Below are positions 18,091 through 27,558 of a stretch of 64,000 bases of DNA, piece by piece. Under the pieces are notes generated by a model that ran no database searches, was not told where the DNA came from, and saw only the letters and a program-made list of their open reading frames with translations. Made by a program: the position numbers and the translations under genes. Location of the stretch: positions 10,950 through 74,949 of IMG/VR virus record IMGVR_UViG_3300009161_006153, one strand, 5' to 3'. Source of the stretch: a virus. Each line of letters opens with the position of its first letter. The stretch's first letter is position 1.

Positions 18091-20325
18091 ATGGCATTTA
18101 GAATACAATTAAGAAGGGACACCTCAGCTTTATGGGAAATAAACAACCCCTTACTTTTACAGGGTGAAGCTGGTTATGAATCAGACACTAGATATTTAAA
18201 AGTTGGTGACGGAATAACATACTGGAATAGTCTGCCTTATTTTGTAGGAATGACAGGCCCACAGGGTTCAACCGGCTCGCAAGGTCCAACCGGGTCACAA
18301 GGACCAACTGGATCTCAGGGCACAACAGGTCAGCAAGGTCCAACTGGACCCGCAGGAGGTGTTATAAATCTCACCACAATAGGAACCTCTGGACCTGCCA
18401 CTTTTTTGAATGATTTTTTAAATATACCGCAGTATCAAAGTGTCATCACTAATCCAATAACAGGAACAGGTTTAACCGGTTACATACCCCGATGGTCTAC
18501 TACCTCCTCTCTTACAAATTCTATTTTATTTGATAATGGTACGAATATAGGCATAGGTACAACAGGTCCTTCTTATAAACTAGATGTTAACGGGGAAATT
18601 AACACTAATATCGGGATAAGAATAGGCACTAATAATGCTAAAACCGGTTTTTATGGTGGAGCTAATATAGTAGATATGTGGGCAGGAAACGAGAAATTAG
18701 CTACATGGGGACTAGCTCCCGCTGGAGGCACACTATATGATCATTTTGCAGGTTGGGTTTTTACTACAGGTAGTACGGGTACTGCATCTTCCGCATTTAG
18801 AATATCCTCTAGCTTAGTATCAACATCTGCAAATAATGCAGGATTAACCCAACTTTTAATCAATCCAGGATATAGCCAGCAAACATTTGGTATAGGTACA
18901 TTAAGAGGCGTATATTACAATCCTAGCTTAGGTAGTGGCGGAATTAACACATCTACCCATATAGCTTTCGAAAATACAAGTGGTGATAATTCTTTTAATT
19001 CAGGTTCAGGTAAAACTACTTTTTTTGGTCAAGATTTACAAATCCGAAAAAATCCATCTGGCTATGCTGGTTTTAATACCATATATTCACAAGTTCCTTT
19101 ATTTACAGGGGGATTAACCAATTTTAGTGATACTACAAACGCATATATTACGCAAGGTGTTTTAGGCGGGAATAATATGGCTACTAACACTGTACTAATA
19201 AGAAACTTACTAGGGGACGTATCACAATCATCTGGCACATATACCAATACACAAATTTTAGGTAGAGTATTAAGTGCAACTGGAAGTCCTGAACATAGAT
19301 TCTTACATATTAATCCCAGTTATGATGACAACCAAGTTCTTAATACATATACAGGAACTATAAGAGGTGTTTATTACAATCTTACCCAAAGTACTTCTTT
19401 TCCAGCCGGGGGTAAAAACATAGCTTTTGAAAATGTAAATGGTGATAACTATTTAAACTCTACATCAGGTTCCACCTTAATAGGATACACATCGGGTGCA
19501 ACCTCTTCCTATGTACTAGATATAAACGGTAGAGCAAGAACTACACTAGCACTACAGGCAGGTTTAACAGGTCCTAGCGATGCAAATATAGCTGCTGGCG
19601 TTTTGTTTGCTTCTAGTGGAATAATAGCGACAACAAACGGCATTAATATAGCTTCTATTACAAGCTCGCCTTTTAATAAAAATGGGATATATCCAACTAG
19701 TAACGGCATGCTTTTTTTCAACGGAAATAACCAAATTGCTAAAATGCAGTTGCTAGTTGGTGTTTCCCCAGCCTATTTTGAGATCAATGCTTCTTTTAAT
19801 CCAGCAAACACGGGTAATACTGGAGACCAGTCAATTTTAAGGATACAGGGAGGAATTCAGCCAGCCGCTAATGTTAACAATTCTACCAATCAAACACAAA
19901 TAATAATAGACCCTACTATAGATCAATTCAACGGTCTTACCGCAGGTGGTACAGGTAGCGGGACTTTAAGAGGAATCTACTACAACCCAACTGTCACAGA
20001 TATAGCTGGATCAGCAAACAAACATGTAGCGATCCAAACCGTGAAAGGTGATGTCCTTTTTGGAACAGGGACATATGCAACAGGGGAGGGTGGATACGTT
20101 GGAATAGGCCAGGGATTTAACCCAACAACAGGAGCCACCGCAGATATGCCACAAAGGCCCTTGCACGTCAGGGATATAATGAGATTACAGTCTAGAAATA
20201 CATTCCCTGCTGGAGCTTCCGCAGGAGATATAATGATGTATACAGATGGATCTAGTAATGTCGATTTATATTATTACGGTGCAACTGCTGGCGTTGGCGG
20301 ATGGAGAAAGGTAAGCTTTATTTAA
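18091..20325 (+). CDS. Tail fibre/adhesin: Mtd-N/hyaluronidase-N-like anchor, collagen-like repeat and three internal beta-rich repeats
   Basis: MAFRIQLRRDT..W...NPLLLQGE.G.E.DT..LKVGDG.T.WNSLPY anchor, a Gly-X-Y run, NIGIGTTGPSYKLDVNG, and GT(L/I)RG(V/I)YYN three times. Confidence 0.8.
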   Translation: MAFRIQLRRDTSALWEINNPLLLQGEAGYESDTRYLKVGDGITYWNSLPYFVGMTGPQGSTGSQGPTGSQGPTGSQGTTGQQGPTGPAGGVINLTTIGTSGPATFLNDFLNIPQYQSVITNPITGTGLTGYIPRWSTTSSLTNSILFDNGTNIGIGTTGPSYKLDVNGEINTNIGIRIGTNNAKTGFYGGANIVDMWAGNEKLATWGLAPAGGTLYDHFAGWVFTTGSTGTASSAFRISSSLVSTSANNAGLTQLLINPGYSQQTFGIGTLRGVYYNPSLGSGGINTSTHIAFENTSGDNSFNSGSGKTTFFGQDLQIRKNPSGYAGFNTIYSQVPLFTGGLTNFSDTTNAYITQGVLGGNNMATNTVLIRNLLGDVSQSSGTYTNTQILGRVLSATGSPEHRFLHINPSYDDNQVLNTYTGTIRGVYYNLTQSTSFPAGGKNIAFENVNGDNYLNSTSGSTLIGYTSGATSSYVLDINGRARTTLALQAGLTGPSDANIAAGVLFASSGIIATTNGINIASITSSPFNKNGIYPTSNGMLFFNGNNQIAKMQLLVGVSPAYFEINASFNPANTGNTGDQSILRIQGGIQPAANVNNSTNQTQIIIDPTIDQFNGLTAGGTGSGTLRGIYYNPTVTDIAGSANKHVAIQTVKGDVLFGTGTYATGEGGYVGIGQGFNPTTGATADMPQRPLHVRDIMRLQSRNTFPAGASAGDIMMYTDGSSNVDLYYYGATAGVGGWRKVSFI
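18247..18360 (+). repeat. Collagen-like Gly-X-Y repeat
   Basis: GMTGPQGSTGSQGPTGSQGPTGSQGTTGQQGPTGPAG. Confidence 0.9.
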
Positions 20326-20383
20326 TTAAAAATAGTAATAAAAATTAACTGGTTATAATTAAAATATCATATAAATCTATAAA

Positions 20384-20950
20384 ATGGCATTCAGAGTACA
20401 AGTTAGAAGAGATACAGGTCAGAGATGGAGTTTAAATAATCCAATTTTGCTTAATGGTGAAATGGGATTCAACACTGACACCAACCAATTTAAGATAGGT
20501 AACGGTACAACCACGTGGAACTCCCTTTCCTATTGGACTGGAGGTGTAGGACCAACTGGACCAACAGGTCCTATAGGTCTTATAGGCCCAACCGGCCCAA
20601 CCGGACCTGGAAGTTCAGTTAGTTATAAAGTGTATACTGCTTTATTAACACAAACAGGTCAAGATGCTCCTGTAGCTATTGTATTAGAAAATACTATTGG
20701 GACTATTGTATGGACAAGAAACAGCGCGGGCTCTTACACAGGAACGTTAAATAACTCATTTCCTGAAAATAAAACATTTATCACATATACCCATGATGGT
20801 ATTAACGGAAACACAGGATATCCTGGAGGCGTTAGATGGAACAACAACGAGGTTGAGTTATCGTTTAATGATGGTATTATGAACCCTGGGCAGTTCATTG
20901 ATATAGGAGACGATGCTATTGAATCAATAGAAATAAGAGTTTACAATTAA
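20384..20950 (+). CDS. Short fibre protein: same N-terminal anchor as 18091, collagen repeat, different C-terminal domain
   Basis: MAFRVQVRRDT..W...NPILLNGE.G...DT..FKIGNG.T.WNSLSY anchor, GPT repeats, then YKVYTALLTQTG...IEIRVYN. Confidence 0.75.
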   Translation: MAFRVQVRRDTGQRWSLNNPILLNGEMGFNTDTNQFKIGNGTTTWNSLSYWTGGVGPTGPTGPIGLIGPTGPTGPGSSVSYKVYTALLTQTGQDAPVAIVLENTIGTIVWTRNSAGSYTGTLNNSFPENKTFITYTHDGINGNTGYPGGVRWNNNEVELSFNDGIMNPGQFIDIGDDAIESIEIRVYN

Positions 20951-21015
20951 ATTAGTTTAAACTGTCAATACCAAATAGACAAATAGAGTGTGCTAAAGAG
21001 ATTAAATAAAGGAAA

Positions 21016-21044
21016 GAAACAACTTTTATATTACCCTATATAAG
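21016..21044 (+). promoter_or_regulatory. Putative middle promoter GAAAC-N18-TATAAG
   Basis: Recurring motif upstream of the GT9/sulfotransferase unit. Confidence 0.6.
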
Positions 21045-21081
21045 TATCTGAAAACTTATAATCAAAACAAATATTCTCTAG

Positions 21082-21963
21082 ATGAATTTAATTTTTCAGA
21101 TCTCAGGAGGAATAGGTAAATGTGTCATGGCTACTGCAATTTGCGAAGCTATGAAGAAGAAATATCCAAATTCTAACCTTATTGTAATATCAGGATACCC
21201 TGAGGTTTTTCTAAATAATAAACATGTACATCGGTCTTATTCATTTAATAACCTAAGTTATTTCTACGAGGAGTATATCGAGGATAAGGAGATCAAAGTT
21301 TTTGCTCATGATCCTTATCTTGAAACAAGCCACATCAAATCAGAGAAACATTGCATAGAAACTTGGTGCGATCTATTTGGACTGGAATATTCTGGCGAAG
21401 TTCCACAGATTTATCTAACAGATAGAGAGCTTAATTTCTTTGGAAATAGATTCGTTTCAGATAAACCTATTTTTCTTATTCAGTCTAACGGAGGAGCTCA
21501 GAGCGATCTCAAATATTCATGGGCTAGAGATATACCTAGATCAGTGGTTGAATCTGTGATAGAAGAATTCAGGGAAACCCATAATATAGTACACATAAAA
21601 AGGGAGGATCAGCTAGGATTTCAATTCACCACAGCTGTTTCTGATTCTTTCAGAGCCCTTTGTGTTTTAATTATGATGAGCGATAAGAGACTAATGATGG
21701 ATAGTTTTGGGCAACACGCAGCTTTTGCATTAAACAAGCCTTCTGTTGTTTGCTGGGTCTCTAATAAGCCAAACGTTTTTGGTTACCCAATACACACAAA
21801 TATAGTTTGTAATCCATTTACGGTAAAACCTGAATTAAGAAGTTCAGTTTTTTCTAAATTTAATATAAGTGGAGACCTATTAGAATTTCCATATAATAAC
21901 GAAAACGAGATATTTAACACAGAACACATCATTGGATCATTGAAAAATTTAAATAATGGTTGA
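21082..21963 (+). CDS. Glycosyltransferase family 9-like (heptosyltransferase fold)
   Basis: GGIGKCVMAT..EAMKKKYPNS.LIV N-terminus and DSFGQHAAFALNKP.VV.W C-terminus. Confidence 0.72.
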   Translation: MNLIFQISGGIGKCVMATAICEAMKKKYPNSNLIVISGYPEVFLNNKHVHRSYSFNNLSYFYEEYIEDKEIKVFAHDPYLETSHIKSEKHCIETWCDLFGLEYSGEVPQIYLTDRELNFFGNRFVSDKPIFLIQSNGGAQSDLKYSWARDIPRSVVESVIEEFRETHNIVHIKREDQLGFQFTTAVSDSFRALCVLIMMSDKRLMMDSFGQHAAFALNKPSVVCWVSNKPNVFGYPIHTNIVCNPFTVKPELRSSVFSKFNISGDLLEFPYNNENEIFNTEHIIGSLKNLNNG

Positions 21964-22777
21964 TAAAATATTCTATCAAAGCAGCCTTCCTAGATCGGGA
22001 TCAACACTTTTACAAAACATACTTGGACAAAACCCAGATTTCTATGTCACACCAACATCCGGTGTTTTAGAACTTGTGTTTGCTGCCAGAGGTAATTACA
22101 CAAACTCCCCAGAATTCAAGGCACAGGATACAGGACAAATGCAAGAAGCTTTTATCTCTTTTTGTCGGGGTGGAATGCAGGGTTATTACAACTCCCTTAC
22201 CGACAGAAAATATGTTATAGATAAAAGTAGAGGATGGGGAATTCACTATGATTTTTTAAACATGGTTTATCCACAGCCTAAGATAATCTGTATGGTCAGA
22301 GATCTCCGTGATGTGTTTGCCTCAATGGAGAATAATTTTAGAAAAAACCCAGATAAACAGGATCCGGTATTAGATTGGTCTAAAATGCAAGGAACCTCTG
22401 TTCCGAAAAGAATTGATATATGGGCTCAAAACCCTCCTGTCGGGATGGCTTTAGAAAGACTCTCAGAGATATTTAGAATGGGTATAGATAAGAAAATGCT
22501 CTTTGTTAAATTTGAGGATCTCTGTTTATATCCTGATACGGAAATGCAGAGGATATATCAATATCTAGATCTCCCTTATTTTGAGCACGATTTTGATAAC
22601 ATAGAGCAAATAACAAAAGAGGATGACGTTGTTTATGGCGTTTTCGGGGATCATAATATTAGAAAAAAATTAGAGCCTGTACAGTCTAAAGCAAAAACAC
22701 TTTTAGGTAAAGATGTCTGTGATTGGGTTTATAATAATTACCGTTGGTTTTTTGATCAATTCAGATATTCAAAATAA
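21956..22777 (+). CDS. PAPS-dependent sulfotransferase
   Basis: 5'-PSB motif LPRSGSTLL, DKSRGW, 3'-PB motif VRDLRDVFAS, and VKFEDLC..P...MQRIY.YL. Confidence 0.9.
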   Translation: MVDKIFYQSSLPRSGSTLLQNILGQNPDFYVTPTSGVLELVFAARGNYTNSPEFKAQDTGQMQEAFISFCRGGMQGYYNSLTDRKYVIDKSRGWGIHYDFLNMVYPQPKIICMVRDLRDVFASMENNFRKNPDKQDPVLDWSKMQGTSVPKRIDIWAQNPPVGMALERLSEIFRMGIDKKMLFVKFEDLCLYPDTEMQRIYQYLDLPYFEHDFDNIEQITKEDDVVYGVFGDHNIRKKLEPVQSKAKTLLGKDVCDWVYNNYRWFFDQFRYSK

Positions 22778-23583
22778 TGAAATCCAAATTTCATACACAA
22801 ATCTACGAGGTAGAAAGGCCTAATCTTTTCCAAATTTTTAAACCACATAGTAGGAAGTACTGCTTATTTCCTAAAGATAATGCGGTCACGAGTTCTCTTA
22901 TAAACGGAACTATATACGAGCCATATCTTTTTTACTTTATCAGAGATAATGATATAAATTTAGAAGGAACTGATATCATAGATATTGGTGCGAATAACGG
23001 TAATTTTACTATAGAATTCTCAGAGATTACAGGTGATACGGGTAGAGTCTTTTCTTTCGAGCCACAAAGAATCGTTTTCCAACAACTCTGCGGTAATGTT
23101 TTCATGAACGGTATCGATAATGTTTTTGCATATAATTTAGCAATAGGAGATACTACGGGTAAAACCCAAATAAATAGGCCTGATTATTTTTCAGATGACT
23201 TTGTTAACTTTGGCGATGTTTCTATAGAGAGCGACAAATCTAAAAATTCTGAATCTGTAGAGGTTAGAGAATTGGATTCTTTTGAATTTAATACCGTTAA
23301 ACTTATAAAGATAGATGTTCAAGGTTACGAGGTTTTAGTTATTAAAGGAGCTATCGAGACCATTAATAAACATAGACCTATTATTTTTATAGAGGTTGAG
23401 GATCACCAGTTAAGAAAGTTTGGACATTCAGAGAGCGATTTATTAAAAACGATAGAAGATCTTGGGTATACTATAAAGAGATTTCAGGAAGGAATTCCTT
23501 ATCAAACATATAGTGGTGAATGTCTAGACTGCGTTTGCATCCCTAATGAGCTACTTCAGAATCAATCCTTTATTATCAGATAG
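22777..23583 (+). CDS. FkbM-family methyltransferase
   Basis: IDIGANNG, VFSFEPQ, LIKIDVQGYE..VIKGA and RPIIFIE motifs. Confidence 0.9.
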   Translation: MKSKFHTQIYEVERPNLFQIFKPHSRKYCLFPKDNAVTSSLINGTIYEPYLFYFIRDNDINLEGTDIIDIGANNGNFTIEFSEITGDTGRVFSFEPQRIVFQQLCGNVFMNGIDNVFAYNLAIGDTTGKTQINRPDYFSDDFVNFGDVSIESDKSKNSESVEVRELDSFEFNTVKLIKIDVQGYEVLVIKGAIETINKHRPIIFIEVEDHQLRKFGHSESDLLKTIEDLGYTIKRFQEGIPYQTYSGECLDCVCIPNELLQNQSFIIR

Positions 23584-23587
23584 GAAA

Positions 23588-23616
23588 GAAACCAAATAAA
23601 GTATTCATAGTATAAT
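23588..23616 (+). promoter_or_regulatory. Putative middle promoter GAAAC-N18-TATAAT
   Basis: Recurring motif immediately upstream of the APS kinase gene. Confidence 0.65.
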
Positions 23617-23621
23617 ACATT

Positions 23622-24065
23622 ATGATTTTAGTATTTTTTGGACAGCCACATAGTGGCAAAACAACATTATCTAATGAGATTTTAAACGACGGGTTTGAAT
23701 TCTCGATAGATGGTGACGATCTTAGAGAAATGTTTTCGAATAAGGATTTTTCTAGAGACGGAAGAATTAAAAATTTAAACAGAGCTAGCGATATAGCAGC
23801 TTTCCTAAATAAAAAAGGTAAAAATGTTGTGATGTCTTTAGTTTATCCTATTAAGGAATGCAGGGATTATTTAAACAGTTTAAACCCAAATGAAGTTAAT
23901 TGGGTGTTTTTAAAATACCAAGGTGAGAGGGGGAGAGAAAAAAACCATGTTATTGATTTTGAATTCCCAGAGGCTAATGAGAAATACCTTGAACTTGATA
24001 CGTCTGAATTATCTATTTCCGAATGCTTAGAAAAAATAAAAGAATTATATGGAAGATCAAAATAA
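23622..24065 (+). CDS. cysC: Adenylylsulfate (APS) kinase
   Basis: GQPHSGKTT P-loop, IDGDDLR and DFSRDGRIKNL.RA motifs. Confidence 0.82.
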   Translation: MILVFFGQPHSGKTTLSNEILNDGFEFSIDGDDLREMFSNKDFSRDGRIKNLNRASDIAAFLNKKGKNVVMSLVYPIKECRDYLNSLNPNEVNWVFLKYQGERGREKNHVIDFEFPEANEKYLELDTSELSISECLEKIKELYGRSK

Positions 24066-24456
24066 ATCTTGGGAAAAAATATACCATATGAAATCATCGA
24101 TGAGTAACTCAGATTCTGGGTTCTCTATGTTTCTAGGAAGATGGCAGCCACTTCATGAGGGTCACAAAGAATTATTTAATCAGGAGTTTAGTTTAGGCAA
24201 GAATGTTTGTATCATGATAAGAGAGATGGACAAAGATTCAAAAAATCCTTTTAGCCCGGAAGATGTAATGAAAAATATCATGGATGAATTCCGTGATTTT
24301 TATGATTCCGGAAGGCTTAAAATTCTAGTAGTTCCAAATATAACTTCTATAAACTTTGGAAGATCAGTCGGATATGATATTATAGAACACGTCCCTCCTC
24401 AAAGTGTAGCAGAAATATCTGCCACTAAGATTAGGGAAAAAATGAAAATAGGTTAG
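24049..24456 (+). CDS. HxGH-family (cytidylyltransferase-like) nucleotidyltransferase
   Basis: FLGRWQPLHEGH, KNPFS and ISATKIRE motifs. Confidence 0.8.
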   Translation: MEDQNKSWEKIYHMKSSMSNSDSGFSMFLGRWQPLHEGHKELFNQEFSLGKNVCIMIREMDKDSKNPFSPEDVMKNIMDEFRDFYDSGRLKILVVPNITSINFGRSVGYDIIEHVPPQSVAEISATKIREKMKIG

Positions 24457-24457
24457 A

Positions 24458-24685
24458 ATGTCTAAAGTAAAAATACAAAGACATATTTATAAAAGCATAT
24501 CCTATAGGATTATAGGGACACTTCAGACTTGTATCATTGGCTATATTCTCACTGGGAATTACAAGATAGCTTCATCACTTGGAATAATAGAGCTAGTTGT
24601 AAAACCGATTATTTATTTTTTTCATGAAAGAATATGGTATAAATGGATAAAAATTGGTATAATAAAAGACGAAAATAAAAAATAA
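24458..24685 (+). CDS. DUF2061-like small membrane protein
   Basis: RHIYKSISYRIIGT...YFFHERIW pattern. Confidence 0.75.
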   Translation: MSKVKIQRHIYKSISYRIIGTLQTCIIGYILTGNYKIASSLGIIELVVKPIIYFFHERIWYKWIKIGIIKDENKK

Positions 24686-24693
24686 AAAAAAAC

Positions 24694-24969
24694 ATGGAAA
24701 ATCAAACCAAACTACCAGAAGAACTATTGCTTGAAATTCAACAGCTTAGAGATGAATTAACAGAGAATGTTTTAAAAATCGGGAGGCTTAACGTGCAGGT
24801 CTCTTTTTATGAGAAAGACTTAGAGATCTTCAGAAATGAGCTTAAAAAATTATACGAAGAGGCCGCTAAGATATCTATCAAAGAGGAGGAGATGCAGAAT
24901 AAGGTTACTAAAGAATACGGAAACGGTAAACTTGATTTTGAGACTGGGTTATTCCATTTGAATAGCTAA
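24694..24969 (+). CDS. Small coiled-coil hypothetical protein
   Basis: Heptad pattern ending in KEYGNGKLDFETG. Confidence 0.65.
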   Translation: MENQTKLPEELLLEIQQLRDELTENVLKIGRLNVQVSFYEKDLEIFRNELKKLYEEAAKISIKEEEMQNKVTKEYGNGKLDFETGLFHLNS

Positions 24970-24991
24970 GTTTTATAATCAATTAGTTACG

Positions 24992-25019
24992 AAAAGCTAC
25001 CATATCAGGTAGCTTTTTT
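24992..25019 (+). terminator. Rho-independent terminator
   Basis: AAAAGCTACC-atatca-GGTAGCTTTTTT hairpin. Confidence 0.85.
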
Positions 25020-25071
25020 GTTGATTTTAGGCTCTATCCTACTTCGATATATAAATGAAAAAGAAATTAAC

Positions 25072-27555
25072 TTGTCTTTTTATCCAGAAAATAAATTCCC
25101 AAAAACAGGAACGCCAGTTTTTAATGGCAACGGGGAGCAGTATGATCTAAGTGATCCTAGATATAATTATCACGACGGATTACAAAACACTCAAAAATTT
25201 CCAGAATCCTCTGTTGGCAATTTATTCTCTACAAAAGAAGCTGCACAGGCCAGATCCCTTCAAATAGGTTGCGGGGGTTACCACTCTGTAACTATTGATG
25301 GTGAAATTTTTTACAAACCTTGTGAAACTGCAGAATACTACTCAGTAAGGATTGAGCAATTAGATAGCGCTTTAAACTTCACATATATTGGAAGTTATCG
25401 TGTCTTAACTTGGGATAAGCCATATTTGGATGTAGAGGTGTGTAACGGGTGGATTATAGATGCAGCAAATAGTTTAAACATAGGTTCCCCCTTAAATGGT
25501 GATATCTCTATTGATTTTAGATATAGCATAGATGGAAAAACATGGTCTCTTTGGTCTAATGTTGGATCTGTAAAAAACGGTCTAACCGGTCAGGGAGCGG
25601 AGATTTTTCCTATAAATTTAAATCCGCAGAATAAATTTTATCCTGAATTTAGATTCACTTCTGTCCTCGTAAATGATAACGGCACACTTATTTATAACAC
25701 AGATGAACCTATAGATCCAAACGTAGTTATTGTTGATTTTCAGCTAGATCTTGAATATGGTGATCCAATCGAAGTAAAAATAGTAGCTCCAGCCCCGGTT
25801 TGTTCTAACGAGGTATCAACACGTCCAGTAATATTTTCTGATTGCAAATTCACATTTAACCCATACGCTGTTAATAAAGCTTTAAATCTTTATCAGGATT
25901 TAAGTCTCATTGTCAATAAAGTATTTGGACTTGAATCAAATTATTATTCTGTACAACCACAGGGAAGAGGGAAAGATGTGATACTCAAGGAATACACACT
26001 CTTCAATGTTGTAGCAGAAAAATGTGTAAAGATACTAGTACCACAAAATCAATTTCCTGATAATAAAATCAACTTCGACCCGTTTGGATTACAGTTCGAG
26101 GAGCCATTTGAAATACAAATAGACAAAAGATATTTTGAAAGCATTTTTGGAAAGGGATCACAGCCAAGAAAAAGAGATATACTTTATTTTCCAATATCAA
26201 ATAGAATTTATGAAATAAACTCAACTTACCTCTTTAGGGATTTCATGAATTCTCCTGTTTATTTCAAGGTAGAGCTCAGAAAATATTCTCCAAAAAGCAA
26301 CACTTACTTCTTGGATCCTGAATACAAAGAGCAATTAGACGGAATTGCATTGACCACCCCTGAACTTTTTGGTGAAGAGGTTAAAGCAGAGGAAGAGAAA
26401 TATTCTAAGCCTCAGCAATTTGCTACAACAATAACACAATTGATTCAGGATCCAATTAGATCTTATATCTACACAGGCTTACCTATCATAGGGTATGACT
26501 TAAACAACAACTGGACTATCGTCCTGAATAATTATTATGATTTATCAGCAGCATTCGATGAAGTCTCTGAATTCCAACAGGAGCAGCAGAGGTATAGAAA
26601 TGCAATAAGATACAAGGTTTTACCATTATTAACTTCAACCGGAGAACTTTCATTTACTTGTTGGTTTAATTTGAGAGATTTTTACGACCCGGCCAAGCTT
26701 GTTCCAAAACCCTTTTCTGTTATTAATATCACTTTAGAGTCTTACGATAGTAATTATATAATTTTTAGTTCGTACCCAGCAAAGCATAAATTGCAGGTTT
26801 GGGCATCGTACGCTTCAAACCCAGAGGGATATGTTTCAATACAAGGTGATTTCAATCACTCTGGTGGATACACAGTGGAGGAAGTGATAGACGAGTATAG
26901 ATTTAAAATAAAGAATTTAAATACAACATTTTCTGAAGGGACCATCGTTTGGAAAATGCAAAAGGCACAAGCACGTAATCTGATAAGTGGCCTATATGAG
27001 GAGTTTTATGAAACCTATGGATTTAGAGTTGATCTCGTGCATTCCGGTGTCACCGACTCTGACGGAAATCTATTCATCCAGCAAGGAAGTTTTATAGTTA
27101 GAATAAACAATGATATAATAAATTCAAAATTACAGTTCACCCCTGTTGACGGGGATTGGTATGGATTCGTTGTTAACGTATCAAATGTTTACAAACAGAT
27201 ATCAATAAATGCTTGGGGCCTAACTTATGACCCTACAAATCCTTCCGATCAGTCATCTAATTTACAAAAACTCCATGAGGATATTAGATTCTTTGATACG
27301 GTGAAAGTATTCTCCGCCCCTGCTGATGAGGAAACCGATCCTAATAATATTTTTTACGGTACAGACAATAACTCATATAAGATATTTACAGGTCCTGCTT
27401 TCTTAAGTAACGTCAGATTGTTCAAAAACATGATAGATATAGATAATCAATCAATAGTTCTGAATCAGAACATAGTTAGGGATAACCAACTTGCTTACAT
27501 AATAGACAATGCTAAGCCATTACTTAACACTCCAAAATTCGCTAGAAATAGATAA
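25072..27555 (+). CDS. Neck/head-closure protein (T4 gp14-like core) with accessory beta domains
   Basis: FG..FEEPFEIQI.K..FE..FG...PRKRDILYFP..NRIYEI gp14-like core. In-frame TTG 25072 chosen because late promoter GATATATA lies at 25046-25053. Confidence 0.6.
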   Translation: MSFYPENKFPKTGTPVFNGNGEQYDLSDPRYNYHDGLQNTQKFPESSVGNLFSTKEAAQARSLQIGCGGYHSVTIDGEIFYKPCETAEYYSVRIEQLDSALNFTYIGSYRVLTWDKPYLDVEVCNGWIIDAANSLNIGSPLNGDISIDFRYSIDGKTWSLWSNVGSVKNGLTGQGAEIFPINLNPQNKFYPEFRFTSVLVNDNGTLIYNTDEPIDPNVVIVDFQLDLEYGDPIEVKIVAPAPVCSNEVSTRPVIFSDCKFTFNPYAVNKALNLYQDLSLIVNKVFGLESNYYSVQPQGRGKDVILKEYTLFNVVAEKCVKILVPQNQFPDNKINFDPFGLQFEEPFEIQIDKRYFESIFGKGSQPRKRDILYFPISNRIYEINSTYLFRDFMNSPVYFKVELRKYSPKSNTYFLDPEYKEQLDGIALTTPELFGEEVKAEEEKYSKPQQFATTITQLIQDPIRSYIYTGLPIIGYDLNNNWTIVLNNYYDLSAAFDEVSEFQQEQQRYRNAIRYKVLPLLTSTGELSFTCWFNLRDFYDPAKLVPKPFSVINITLESYDSNYIIFSSYPAKHKLQVWASYASNPEGYVSIQGDFNHSGGYTVEEVIDEYRFKIKNLNTTFSEGTIVWKMQKAQARNLISGLYEEFYETYGFRVDLVHSGVTDSDGNLFIQQGSFIVRINNDIINSKLQFTPVDGDWYGFVVNVSNVYKQISINAWGLTYDPTNPSDQSSNLQKLHEDIRFFDTVKVFSAPADEETDPNNIFYGTDNNSYKIFTGPAFLSNVRLFKNMIDIDNQSIVLNQNIVRDNQLAYIIDNAKPLLNTPKFARNR

Positions 27556-27558
27556 TTT

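Noticed and set aside
18091-20950. Diversity-generating retroelement suggested by the Mtd-N-like fibre anchor
   Set aside because: There is no reverse transcriptase in the window and no TR/VR pair differing only at adenines.
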